Made by a program: the position numbers and the translations under genes. A stretch of 64,000 bases of DNA, from the NCBI GenBank assembly GCA_037445065.1, contig JBBILD010000002.1:184074-248073 (forward strand), in the 5' to 3' direction. This stretch comes from Myxococcales bacterium (lineage in GTDB: Bacteria > Desulfobacterota > Binatia > HRBIN30). This document shows positions 1 through 8,818 of the stretch, piece after piece. A model generated the notes under the pieces. That model was not told the DNA's origin, made no database searches, and saw only the letters and a list, made by a program, of their open reading frames with translations. The stretch's first letter is position 1, and each line of letters begins with the position of its first letter.

Positions 1-1
1 G

Positions 2-2368
2 GCCATCCTGCAGCCACTAGCGTCACCTGACGGCTTGCTGGCGGCATACACGCCCACAAACACTTTGATTTTGATTGACACCGCCGCGCAGACCGATCGC
101 TTGGCCAAGATCCTGAGCCAACTGGATGTGGAAGGACAACAGCAGGAAATCGAAGTTGTGCGGCTGAACTATGCCTTTGCCGGGGATATCGCCGCTTTGT
201 TGCAACAGTTACTGGAGGAGCCGACCGCGCCCGCGACGGGTGCGGCTCCTGCGACCCAACCCGGAGCGGCACCCGACGCGAGGTTGCGCCGTGGCACGGC
301 CCCCCGGACTGGGGGCGCGGCAACGGGTTCCGCAATCAGTGGCGGTGTGACGCCGGAAAGGGCGTTCAAGATCATCCCTGACGAACGGACGAACTCGTTG
401 ATCTTAGTGGCTGGGCCGGCGGAAGCTCGGCGGATCAAGGACCTCATCGCTCGCCTGGACGTGCCCTTGCCATTAGGCACTGGGCGGATTCACGTGTACT
501 ATCTCAAGTACGCCAATGCTTTCGAATTGATTCCTGTTTTGGCCTCTTTGGTGGGGGGAACCGGAGGAGGAATCGGCGGGTTCAGTCCGTTCGGTTTTGG
601 TGGAATCGGTGGGCTCCGGGGAGGTTTTGGAAGTTTCGGGGGGGTGCGCGGTGGCTTCGGAGGGATCGGGGGTCTTGGCCGCTTCGGAGGAAGTAGCTTG
701 GGGTTTGGAGGGTTTGGTGGCGGAGCATTCGGCGGGTTTGGGGGTGGCCTCGGTTTTGGCGGAGTCGCGCCAGGCGTGGGGCTCGGTCTCGGGCAAACCG
801 GGTTTGGCACGGCCGGGGCGTTAGCTGGGCGCCGGCCCGGACTCGCTGGTGCTACTGGTGCTGCTGGGACGGGTGCGGCGGCGGGTCAGCAAACTGAGTT
901 CGAGGGGCAGGTTCGGATTAGTGCCGATCCTGCAACCAATGCGCTGATCATTAACGCTTCCCCTCAAGACTTCGAGACGCTGCGCGAAGTGATCGAGAAG
1001 CTGGATGTCCGGCGTCGGCAGGTGTACGTGGAAGCAATTATTGCCGAGGTGTCGCTTGATCTCACTCGGGAGCTGGGCATCGAGTTACAAGGTGCAACGG
1101 AAATTCCCAACGGCGTGGGTTTTGGCCGCACCAACTTGCGTGGTGACATCAATCAGCTTTTGAACCCCACCAACTTATCTGGCTTAGTGCTAGCGGCGGC
1201 AAGCTCCCAAACCGTCACGGTTAACGGAGTCACCATTCCTGCACAGCAGGCTCTTTTGCGCGCGCTGGAAAGCCGCTCCGACGCAAACATTTTGTCCGCG
1301 CCAACGGTGCTGACAACGGACAATCAGCCAGCGGAAATTGTTTCTGGACAGAACGTGCCCTTCATCGCGAGTCGGGCCACCAGTGACGTGAACTTGAGCA
1401 ACACCTTTGCGACCATCGAGCGGCGGGATGTGGGAATTACGCTGCGCCTCACTCCTCAGATCTCGGAGGGGGGGCAGGTTCGGTTGGACATCTTCCAAGA
1501 AGTCTCCGACGTGATTTCCAACGACCCGCAACTCGGCCCAACGACCACCATCCGGTCCGCCACCACAAGTGTGGTCACGCGAGACGGCCAGACGGTGGTC
1601 ATCGGCGGTATCATGTTCGAAGCACGAGGGAAGAATGTGAGTAAAGTGCCCTTCTTGGGCGACGTCCCAGTGTTGGGGAATCTCTTCCGAACAGACTCCA
1701 CGCGAAACCGCAAAACGAACCTGTTGATCTTTCTGACCCCCCACATCATTCGTAACGAACGCGATCAGCGCAACGTGGCGGTAAACGAGCGGGAGCGCTT
1801 GTTGCGTCGCCCATTCGAAGAGATGGGCCAGCGACCACCCAACTGGGAACAGCTCAATACCCCGTCTTGGGAAGTTCGCCCGTCCATTGACGCTCCGGCT
1901 GAGCCTGAGGGGGAGAGCGAGAAACGGTCGCGTATTGAGATCCACCGCCCAAGTTCTGGAAACGGGGCAGGGGAGAGCACCAGGTCAAGAGCTGAAGAAA
2001 GAGGTTCTGCCAGTTTGAATTCCTCTGCGATTAGCGCGGCCCCACACAACCGTTATGTGTTGCTGGCGACGGTCTCGTCGAGCGGCAGCCCGCCGCAAAG
2101 CCTGGAAGGGAGTAATGGCCTTTTGGCGCTAGCCGTCCCCGCCTCGCTGCCACTTGCGCGTAGCTTCCAGAAGGGCCGCGTGTACCGATTCGTTGGCAAT
2201 GGCTTCACGGCGAGCTACGTGTGTTTGGAGGTCTTTGAGGGTCCCAACGAGGCTTTCGCCGTGTATCCAGAGGGAATGCAAGTCAGCACGAACCCACCTA
2301 GCTTTCTGCATTGGCGTGAGCCAGTGGAGGCTTCTGTGCTCGATGACGCAAATTGGAGTGCCGGGTAG
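2..2368 (+). CDS. gspD: Type II secretion secretin GspD (5'-truncated by window edge)
   Basis: Frame is open from the window start. Secretin N-domain repeats (IEVVRLNYA, IIPDERTNSLIL, ISADPATNALII), LDVRRRQVYVEAIIAEV, and secretin core (KVPFLGDVPVLGNLFR, NLLIFLTPHII). First gene of the gsp cluster. Confidence 0.96.
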   Translation, partial: AILQPLASPDGLLAAYTPTNTLILIDTAAQTDRLAKILSQLDVEGQQQEIEVVRLNYAFAGDIAALLQQLLEEPTAPATGAAPATQPGAAPDARLRRGTAPRTGGAATGSAISGGVTPERAFKIIPDERTNSLILVAGPAEARRIKDLIARLDVPLPLGTGRIHVYYLKYANAFELIPVLASLVGGTGGGIGGFSPFGFGGIGGLRGGFGSFGGVRGGFGGIGGLGRFGGSSLGFGGFGGGAFGGFGGGLGFGGVAPGVGLGLGQTGFGTAGALAGRRPGLAGATGAAGTGAAAGQQTEFEGQVRISADPATNALIINASPQDFETLREVIEKLDVRRRQVYVEAIIAEVSLDLTRELGIELQGATEIPNGVGFGRTNLRGDINQLLNPTNLSGLVLAAASSQTVTVNGVTIPAQQALLRALESRSDANILSAPTVLTTDNQPAEIVSGQNVPFIASRATSDVNLSNTFATIERRDVGITLRLTPQISEGGQVRLDIFQEVSDVISNDPQLGPTTTIRSATTSVVTRDGQTVVIGGIMFEARGKNVSKVPFLGDVPVLGNLFRTDSTRNRKTNLLIFLTPHIIRNERDQRNVAVNERERLLRRPFEEMGQRPPNWEQLNTPSWEVRPSIDAPAEPEGESEKRSRIEIHRPSSGNGAGESTRSRAEERGSASLNSSAISAAPHNRYVLLATVSSSGSPPQSLEGSNGLLALAVPASLPLARSFQKGRVYRFVGNGFTASYVCLEVFEGPNEAFAVYPEGMQVSTNPPSFLHWREPVEASVLDDANWSAG

Positions 2369-2377
2369 GTAACCGGA

Positions 2378-4090
2378 ATGGCGGTCGCAGTCAGCTCTTT
2401 GGAGTCGTTCTTACTCCAATACGGGCACGTCAGCGCGGAAACGCTCGAGAAAGCTAGAGAGCGGCAACGGGACGGGAAAAACCTCGGCGACGTCCTGCTT
2501 GAGATGGGCGCCATTGATGGGGCGACCTGGGCGCGCGTGGTGGCGGACCATTACGGCCTCCCATTCTGCGACCATCTACCCGATGAGACAGCTGTGCTCG
2601 ACTTGATCGAGCAGGTACCGATCAATTTTGCCAAGCGCTACTCGGTGCTGCCGGTGGCTCGCGAAGGGGACACCGTCGTGGTCGCGTGTGCAGACCCGAG
2701 TCAGATCGGCGCTTTGCACGACCTCCGCATTTTACTTGGCTGCCCGTTACGCGTGGTGGTAGCACCGGCGCAGGCAATCATCGATGCGATCAACCGAGCG
2801 TACGACACGATTACGGCTGGATCGGCATCCGAGTTGATGGACGACCTGGATACCGAGCGGCTCGATTTGGAACTCGCTGACCTCGAGGAACCTAGGGACC
2901 TGCTCGATGCGGACGAGGAAGCACCCATCATCCGGCTCGTGAACCAACTGATCTTCCAGGCGGTGAAAGACCGAGCAAGCGACATCCACATCGAGCCGTA
3001 CGAACGGGATTTACACGTGCGCTTTCGAATCGACGGCATTCTTTACGACATCTTGTCGCCCCCGAAGCGTTTTCATCCGGTAATCATCTCGCGTGTGAAA
3101 GTAATGTCGGGGTTGAACATCGCGGAGAAGCGCCTGCCCCAAGATGGAAGAATTCGGATTCGGTTGGCTGGGAAGGACATTGATATTCGGGTCTCGATTG
3201 TACCCACCGCGCATGGGGAACGCGTGGTCATGCGGCTGTTGGACCGCGCCAGCACGTTGTTGCATCTTGAAGATTTGGGCCTCACGGGAGCGAAACTAGA
3301 AACGGTGAACCGACTCATCCGGCAGAGCCACGGCATCATCCTGGTGACAGGCCCGACCGGAAGCGGAAAAACGACGACGCTCTACGCCTGCTTGTCGAAA
3401 ATCAACACGGTCGACAAAAACATCATCACCATCGAGGATCCGGTCGAATACCAGCTAAAAGGGGTTGGCCAGATCCAGGTAAATCCGAAAATTGACTTAA
3501 CGTTCGCCAGTGGGCTCCGTTCGATTCTCCGGCAGGACCCGGACGTGATCATGGTGGGCGAGATCCGCGACGTGGAAACTGCCGAAATTGCGATCCAGGC
3601 AGCGCTGACCGGTCACCTTGTATTCTCCACCCTGCACACGAACGATTCTTTCGGTGCAATGACCCGGCTGCTGGACATGGGAATCGAGCCATTTCTCGTT
3701 TCCTCCTCGGTCATTGCGGTGATGGCGCAGCGGCTCGTGCGGCGCGTGTGCGAGAACTGTCGCGTTGCGTATCGGCCCACCCGCGAAGAGATCGAAGAGA
3801 TTGGCATTACTCCCCAGCAGTTAGGCGGACGAGAACTCTTCCGGCAAGGGCCCGGGTGCAGCCAGTGCAAAGGGAAGGGATATCGTGGGCGGACGGGGAT
3901 TCATGAGTTACTGGTCGTGGACGACGAAATCCGTTCTCTGGTCATGAAAAACGCAGACGCGGCGTCCATTCGCCGCACTGCAACCGCGCACGGCATGAAC
4001 ACGCTCCGCCAAGACGGAGCAGATAAAGTACTAGCCGGAATCACTACAGTGGAGGAAGTGTTGCGCGTGACCCAGGACGATATCGTTTGA
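2378..4090 (+). CDS. gspE: Type II secretion ATPase GspE
   Basis: ASDIHIEP, EKRLPQDGRI, Walker A GPTGSGKTTT, LRQDPDVIMVGEIRD, TGHLVFSTLHTN, Zn motif CENC...CSQC. Confidence 0.97.
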   Translation: MAVAVSSLESFLLQYGHVSAETLEKARERQRDGKNLGDVLLEMGAIDGATWARVVADHYGLPFCDHLPDETAVLDLIEQVPINFAKRYSVLPVAREGDTVVVACADPSQIGALHDLRILLGCPLRVVVAPAQAIIDAINRAYDTITAGSASELMDDLDTERLDLELADLEEPRDLLDADEEAPIIRLVNQLIFQAVKDRASDIHIEPYERDLHVRFRIDGILYDILSPPKRFHPVIISRVKVMSGLNIAEKRLPQDGRIRIRLAGKDIDIRVSIVPTAHGERVVMRLLDRASTLLHLEDLGLTGAKLETVNRLIRQSHGIILVTGPTGSGKTTTLYACLSKINTVDKNIITIEDPVEYQLKGVGQIQVNPKIDLTFASGLRSILRQDPDVIMVGEIRDVETAEIAIQAALTGHLVFSTLHTNDSFGAMTRLLDMGIEPFLVSSSVIAVMAQRLVRRVCENCRVAYRPTREEIEEIGITPQQLGGRELFRQGPGCSQCKGKGYRGRTGIHELLVVDDEIRSLVMKNADAASIRRTATAHGMNTLRQDGADKVLAGITTVEEVLRVTQDDIV

Positions 4091-4165
4091 GCGTTGCGCG
4101 CGGACGATCCCTTGGAGTTACGGCGAGTTTTTCGAGAGAAGTTTCGCAGAGCTGGATGATCGGCC

Positions 4166-5404
4166 ATGCCGGTGTATGCGTATCGCGGGTTTAACGCGGC
4201 GGGTCGGGCGATCGGAGGCATCGTTGATGCGGACACGCCGAAAGGAGCCAGGCAAAAGCTCCGACGCGAGGGGATTTTCCCAACCGAACTGGTCGAGCAA
4301 CAGCGACAAGTACCAAAACGTGCGGCGACCGAGTCAACCACCTGGCAGTCTTTTACCCGTTATTTCGAGCGAATTTCTCCGGAAGAGCTGGCCCTCTTAA
4401 CCCGGCAACTAGCAACCCTGGTGGGTGCCCGGGTTCCTTTGGTAGACTCGCTCTCGGCGCTCATCGAGCAGTCAGAGCACGCTCGCACAAAGCGCATCCT
4501 CTCCCAAGTTCGCGAGCAGGTGACCGAGGGCTCGTCACTTGCGGATGCTCTGAAGGCACACCCGCGGGTGTTCAGCGACTTGTACGTAAACATGGTGCGA
4601 GCCGGCGAGGCGTCGGGTGCCCTCGAGGCGGTCCTTTTGCGACTCGCGGATTACACGGAAAGTTACGCCCAACTCCGTTCGAAAGTGCGCTCGGCACTCA
4701 CGTATCCGACGCTCATGGCAGTAACGGGAGCGGCGATTCTCATGTTTTTGCTAGCCTACGTCGTTCCGAAGATCACGAAGATTTTTGCCGAGAATCAGGC
4801 AACGTTGCCTCTCATGACGCGCATTCTGCTGGCGGTGAGTGGCTTTGCCCAGGAGTACTGGTGGCTGATGGTTTTTGTCCTGCTGACGGCAGGGGTCTCG
4901 GTGCAGATGAGCCGGCGCACGGAGGCCGGGCGCTTGCGATTCGACCGCTACATGTTGGCCATCCCATACCTGGGGACGCTGTTTAAAAAGGTGGCTCTTG
5001 CGCGCTTTGCGCGGACGCTCGCCACGCTTCTGAAGAGCGGTGTCAATTTGCTTACGGCGCTGGACATCGCGAAGAATGTCGTAAACAATTCCCTTCTGAG
5101 TCGGGCGATCGAAGAAGCGCGAGAAAGTATCCGGGAAGGACAAAGTATCGCGCCGCCGCTCAAGAAGAGCGGCCTGTTCCCGCCCATGCTGGTGCACATG
5201 ATCGCGGTCGGGGAAAGAAGCGGGGAGCTCGAAAACATGCTGAGTAAGGCCGCCGAGGCATACGACAACGACGTATCCACTTCGGTTGCGACCATCACGA
5301 GCGTGCTCGAGCCGATGATGATTTTGTTCGGGGGGGCGGTTGTGTTGTTCATTGTGCTCGCCATCCTGTTGCCGATTTTCGAGATGAACCAGTTGGTTCG
5401 TTGA
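4166..5404 (+). CDS. gspF: Type II secretion inner-membrane platform protein GspF
   Basis: TRQLATL, YVNMVRAGEASGALE, ALTYP, MIAVGERSGELENML, EPMMIL, AILLPIF. Confidence 0.96.
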   Translation: MPVYAYRGFNAAGRAIGGIVDADTPKGARQKLRREGIFPTELVEQQRQVPKRAATESTTWQSFTRYFERISPEELALLTRQLATLVGARVPLVDSLSALIEQSEHARTKRILSQVREQVTEGSSLADALKAHPRVFSDLYVNMVRAGEASGALEAVLLRLADYTESYAQLRSKVRSALTYPTLMAVTGAAILMFLLAYVVPKITKIFAENQATLPLMTRILLAVSGFAQEYWWLMVFVLLTAGVSVQMSRRTEAGRLRFDRYMLAIPYLGTLFKKVALARFARTLATLLKSGVNLLTALDIAKNVVNNSLLSRAIEEARESIREGQSIAPPLKKSGLFPPMLVHMIAVGERSGELENMLSKAAEAYDNDVSTSVATITSVLEPMMILFGGAVVLFIVLAILLPIFEMNQLVR

Positions 5405-5499
5405 CCCGTCAGGCGTTGAAGGACCCATGTCGGCTGTTAGCCTAGCGCTCGCAATTCGTCGGTCCGTAAGTAAGGTTTCACAAGGAGGGCGAAAGGGAA

Positions 5500-5913
5500 A
5501 TGCGTCGGCTGTCCGGTTCTGCTGGCTTCACCTTGATCGAAATCATGGTGGTAGTGTTCATTCTGGGCCTGTTGGTCACCCTGGTCGCGCCGAGGATCAT
5601 CGGGCGGACCGACGAGGCACGCCGAACCAAGGCGGCCGCGGATATCAAAGCCATCGAGCAAGCGTTGAACCTCTTTAAGCTGGACAATGGGTTCTATCCA
5701 AGCACCCAGGATGGCCTGCAGGCTCTCGTCCAGCGCCCGGCAAACGCTCGCAACTGGAACCCTGACGGTTACCTGGACCAGATTCCGGTGGATCCGTGGG
5801 GCAACCCCTACGTGTATTTCTCCGACGGCACGCACATCGTGATCAAGTCATACGGGGCAGACGGTCAGGAGGGCGGCGAAGGCAAGAATGCCGACATTGA
5901 CAACCGCGGCTGA
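5500..5913 (+). CDS. gspG: Major pseudopilin GspG
   Basis: Prepilin motif GFTLIEIMVVVFILGLL; LDNGFYPSTQDGLQALV; DPWGNPYVY; SYGADGQEGGEG..ADI. Confidence 0.96.
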   Translation: MRRLSGSAGFTLIEIMVVVFILGLLVTLVAPRIIGRTDEARRTKAAADIKAIEQALNLFKLDNGFYPSTQDGLQALVQRPANARNWNPDGYLDQIPVDPWGNPYVYFSDGTHIVIKSYGADGQEGGEGKNADIDNRG

Positions 5914-6466
5914 CACCCGGGCTGGTTTCCGAGCGGTATGGAAGCGGGCGGACGATCGCGGTTTCACGCTCCTGGAAATCTCGTTGATCCTCTTGCTCCT
6001 GTCGGTGGTACTGGTGGTCGTGGTGCCCCGGTTCCGCGATCGCAGTCGGGTGGAGCTGTTCGCTCACGCCAACCGCTTGCAGTTGACCTACCGGCTGCTG
6101 CGTAACCAGGCCGTCCTCGACGGGGTTGCGTACCGGCTGTACTTCGATTTGGACCAGCAGCGGTACTGGGTGACGCCGGACGAACCCGGCGCCATCGAGC
6201 TGCGGCAGTTCGTTGCAAACCTTGGATCGCTCGCACGGGGGGTGGCGCTGGAAGGGGACGTGCAGCTCTTGGACGTCAGCCTCCCGCTGGACGGAGTCAA
6301 GCTGGCACAGGGCTCCTTGTATGCCATTTTTTACGCCGATGGCTCGGTTGATCCCACCGTGGTTCACCTGGGAACAGCGCAGGAGGCTTACACGTTGTGG
6401 TTCGACCCGCGAGCGCAAAAACTGCGGGGTCGCCTTGGTTACTGGGAGCCGAGTTATGGGCGCTGA
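5888..6466 (+). CDS. gspH: Minor pseudopilin GspH-like
   Basis: GFTLLEISLILLLL prepilin motif, IFYADG, position after gspG. Confidence 0.8.
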   Translation: MPTLTTAADTRAGFRAVWKRADDRGFTLLEISLILLLLSVVLVVVVPRFRDRSRVELFAHANRLQLTYRLLRNQAVLDGVAYRLYFDLDQQRYWVTPDEPGAIELRQFVANLGSLARGVALEGDVQLLDVSLPLDGVKLAQGSLYAIFYADGSVDPTVVHLGTAQEAYTLWFDPRAQKLRGRLGYWEPSYGR

Positions 6467-6851
6467 TGGTGGTTGGCGAGATCGGCCGACCGGCTTCACA
6501 TTACTGGAGGTCCTGGTCGCCCTTGCCGTGGTCGCCATCGCGTTCGTGACCTTACTCGGTTGGCATGCGCGTAACATTCGAACGATCGCGTACAACCAAA
6601 ACCTATCTCGCGCCGTGTTGCTCACCCGCGAGCGCGCTAGCTTGGTCCAGTTCCGGGTTTTGCAAGATGGAATCGAGGGGGCCAGAAACGAGGCGGGGCC
6701 GATCGACGGCTATCCGGGTTTTTACTTTGACCAGGAGGTCTTCCCTACCGGAATCGAAGAGCTACGCCAGGTCGTGGTGCGTGTGTACTGGGACCCGCGC
6801 AATCCGTCTGCATGTGAGGTGATGTTCTTTGTTCGCGACCCGATGTTCTGA
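6456..6851 (+). CDS. gspI: Minor pseudopilin GspI-like
   Basis: GFTLLEVLVALAVVAIA and LRQVVVRVYW. ATG at 6456 chosen within ORF 6213..6851; overlaps the gspH stop. Confidence 0.82.
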   Translation: MGADGGWRDRPTGFTLLEVLVALAVVAIAFVTLLGWHARNIRTIAYNQNLSRAVLLTRERASLVQFRVLQDGIEGARNEAGPIDGYPGFYFDQEVFPTGIEELRQVVVRVYWDPRNPSACEVMFFVRDPMF

Positions 6852-7593
6852 ACGCGCTTGCGCAGGATTCACGTTGCTCGAGCTGTTGCTGGCGATCACG
6901 ATCTTCGCGATTTTCGCCACCGCGATTTATGGCGTGCTTGCGCGTACCTTAGAGGGCAAGGAACGGGCCGAAGCGAAAGCGGAGCTGTTCGCTGCGGGTC
7001 GCGATGCAGTGATGCGAATCGCAGACGATCTAGAGCGTGCCCTTCCGCCTCTGCCGGGTAATCGCAATCAGGTTTGGTTGATTGGGGTCCCAGGGAATGA
7101 CGCTGTTCCTACCGACCAAATCGGCTTTGTCATGGACGTGCGCCGAGAGCGGAGTGCGAGCGGCCGCAGAGGTGGGCGGGTGTTCGTGTCGTACCTGCTG
7201 GAACCGATGCCGGACATACCCCGTGCGTTCGCGCTGTTGCGTCACGAGGAGTTACTGCTGGATCCGCTCGCACAAGCAATGGCTGAGGGTGAAGCGGGAG
7301 CAGAAAACCAAGACACTTCTCTCGTGAACGAGGTCTACCTGGTAGATCGCGTTGCGGGGCTGCGCTTCCGTTATTTGGATCCCGCTTCCGGCGAGTGGGT
7401 GAACGCCTGGGACACCACTGCGGCAGTTCAACCGGGTGAAGCTCCCGTCCCTCTTCCTCCGGTGGTCGAAGTGCAGCTCTTCTTGTTCGACGACACGGGA
7501 GGATATGTGGACTTCAGTACACGGGTCGATCTGCCACTGTACTCGCCACCGCCCACCCCCGCTCCAGGAGGAGTGCGTGCACCGTTGGGGTGA
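6829..7593 (+). CDS. gspJ: Minor pseudopilin GspJ-like
   Basis: GFTLLELLLAITIFA, IADDLERA, LRFRYLD...W.NAWD, LPPVVEVQL. Confidence 0.85.
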   Translation: MFATRCSERACAGFTLLELLLAITIFAIFATAIYGVLARTLEGKERAEAKAELFAAGRDAVMRIADDLERALPPLPGNRNQVWLIGVPGNDAVPTDQIGFVMDVRRERSASGRRGGRVFVSYLLEPMPDIPRAFALLRHEELLLDPLAQAMAEGEAGAENQDTSLVNEVYLVDRVAGLRFRYLDPASGEWVNAWDTTAAVQPGEAPVPLPPVVEVQLFLFDDTGGYVDFSTRVDLPLYSPPPTPAPGGVRAPLG

Positions 7594-8800
7594 GCACAAG
7601 CGTGACAACGAGCGTGGGGCGGCTTTGCTGCTTGCGATCGCGGTGGTGGCTTTACTGACCATCACCGTCTCGGAGTTTTTCTTTTCGGCAGAGGTGGACT
7701 CGCGCATGGCGCGCAATTCCGTGCACAGCCTGCAAGCGTCTCTTCTGGCTCGATCCGGGATTGCCATCGGCGAGGCACTCCTTGCGAAGGATGAGGATCC
7801 AGTAACGGACTCGTTTCTAGAAGAGTGGTGCCCGGCACAAGCGAGAGAGGGCATGGCGTGTCAGATCGAAGACGGTGCCGGGCTGGTGCAGATTCCGGAG
7901 GGAATGCGCCTACGCGTCGAGATTTGGGACGAGAGCGCAAAAATTAACGTGAATCTCACGCGACCCCAAAATCAAAACGAGTGGCGCTTGGGGAATATGG
8001 CCGCGGACCCCCGTTCTGCGCCGCAGCGGTATCAATCATGGCTCTTTGCTCTAGGTAGGGTGCTGCAAGCGCGAGGGATTGGAGAGGATCTCATTCTCGC
8101 GTTAGACCAATACTGGAGCCAACTGTATGAAGTGTACTTTGGGCCCTTGTCTCCCGCGGGTAGCGGCTCTGGAGCCGCTGCGACACCGACCCCACCCTCC
8201 CTCGCCGCTACGCCAGGAGCGACGCCTCCGCCCTTGACCACGCTGTATTTCAGTTCCCTAGACGAGCTTGTAGCGGTAAACGGCTTTCTGCGTAGCTCCG
8301 ATCTACCGCGGATTCGTTCTGTGGTGACGGCAATCGGCTGGCCGTTTCAAGCACAAATTAACGCCAACACCGCTTCCCGCGAGGTCTTGCAGGCCATCAT
8401 TGGGGATAGCGAAGTGGTAGAAACCCTGATTGCAGAGCGGCAAAATCAACCGCTGACAGCAGCCACGGTCGTGACCATGCTGAACAGCAGTGGGACGCTG
8501 CAAGACCCCCAATATCGGAACTCTCGGGTGATGGTTGGCGCGCGCAGCAATGTCTTCTGGATTCGAGCCAGTGCCGTCGTCAACATCGATCCCGTGACTG
8601 GCATGGGTGGCGTGAGCCGAAGTGCAGAAATGGTGGTCCGGCGTGAGCCGAGGCCGGTGCAACAAGGCGCTGGAACGCTTCATCGGTGGAAGCTAACGCG
8701 TCTCTACTGGCAGAAGTCGGGTGGTGCGATTCTGTTTCGCCCCGATCCTGGCGATAGCGGTGAGGCAAGTGGTGAACGGAGCTCAGACGTTCGGTTCTGA
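7577..8800 (+). CDS. gspK: Minor pseudopilin GspK
   Basis: ERGAALLL (no Glu+5, typical of GspK), DESAKINVN, ININTA-like INANTASREVL. GTG at 7577 follows AGGAGG. Confidence 0.88.
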   Translation: MHRWGEHKRDNERGAALLLAIAVVALLTITVSEFFFSAEVDSRMARNSVHSLQASLLARSGIAIGEALLAKDEDPVTDSFLEEWCPAQAREGMACQIEDGAGLVQIPEGMRLRVEIWDESAKINVNLTRPQNQNEWRLGNMAADPRSAPQRYQSWLFALGRVLQARGIGEDLILALDQYWSQLYEVYFGPLSPAGSGSGAAATPTPPSLAATPGATPPPLTTLYFSSLDELVAVNGFLRSSDLPRIRSVVTAIGWPFQAQINANTASREVLQAIIGDSEVVETLIAERQNQPLTAATVVTMLNSSGTLQDPQYRNSRVMVGARSNVFWIRASAVVNIDPVTGMGGVSRSAEMVVRREPRPVQQGAGTLHRWKLTRLYWQKSGGAILFRPDPGDSGEASGERSSDVRF

Positions 8801-8818
8801 AAACACGACGGAAACATT

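Noticed and set aside
499..810. Pro-rich 103-aa minus-strand ORF (PPNPPKPP...)
   Set aside because: It is the antisense shadow of the Gly codons (GGN) in the gspD FG loop.
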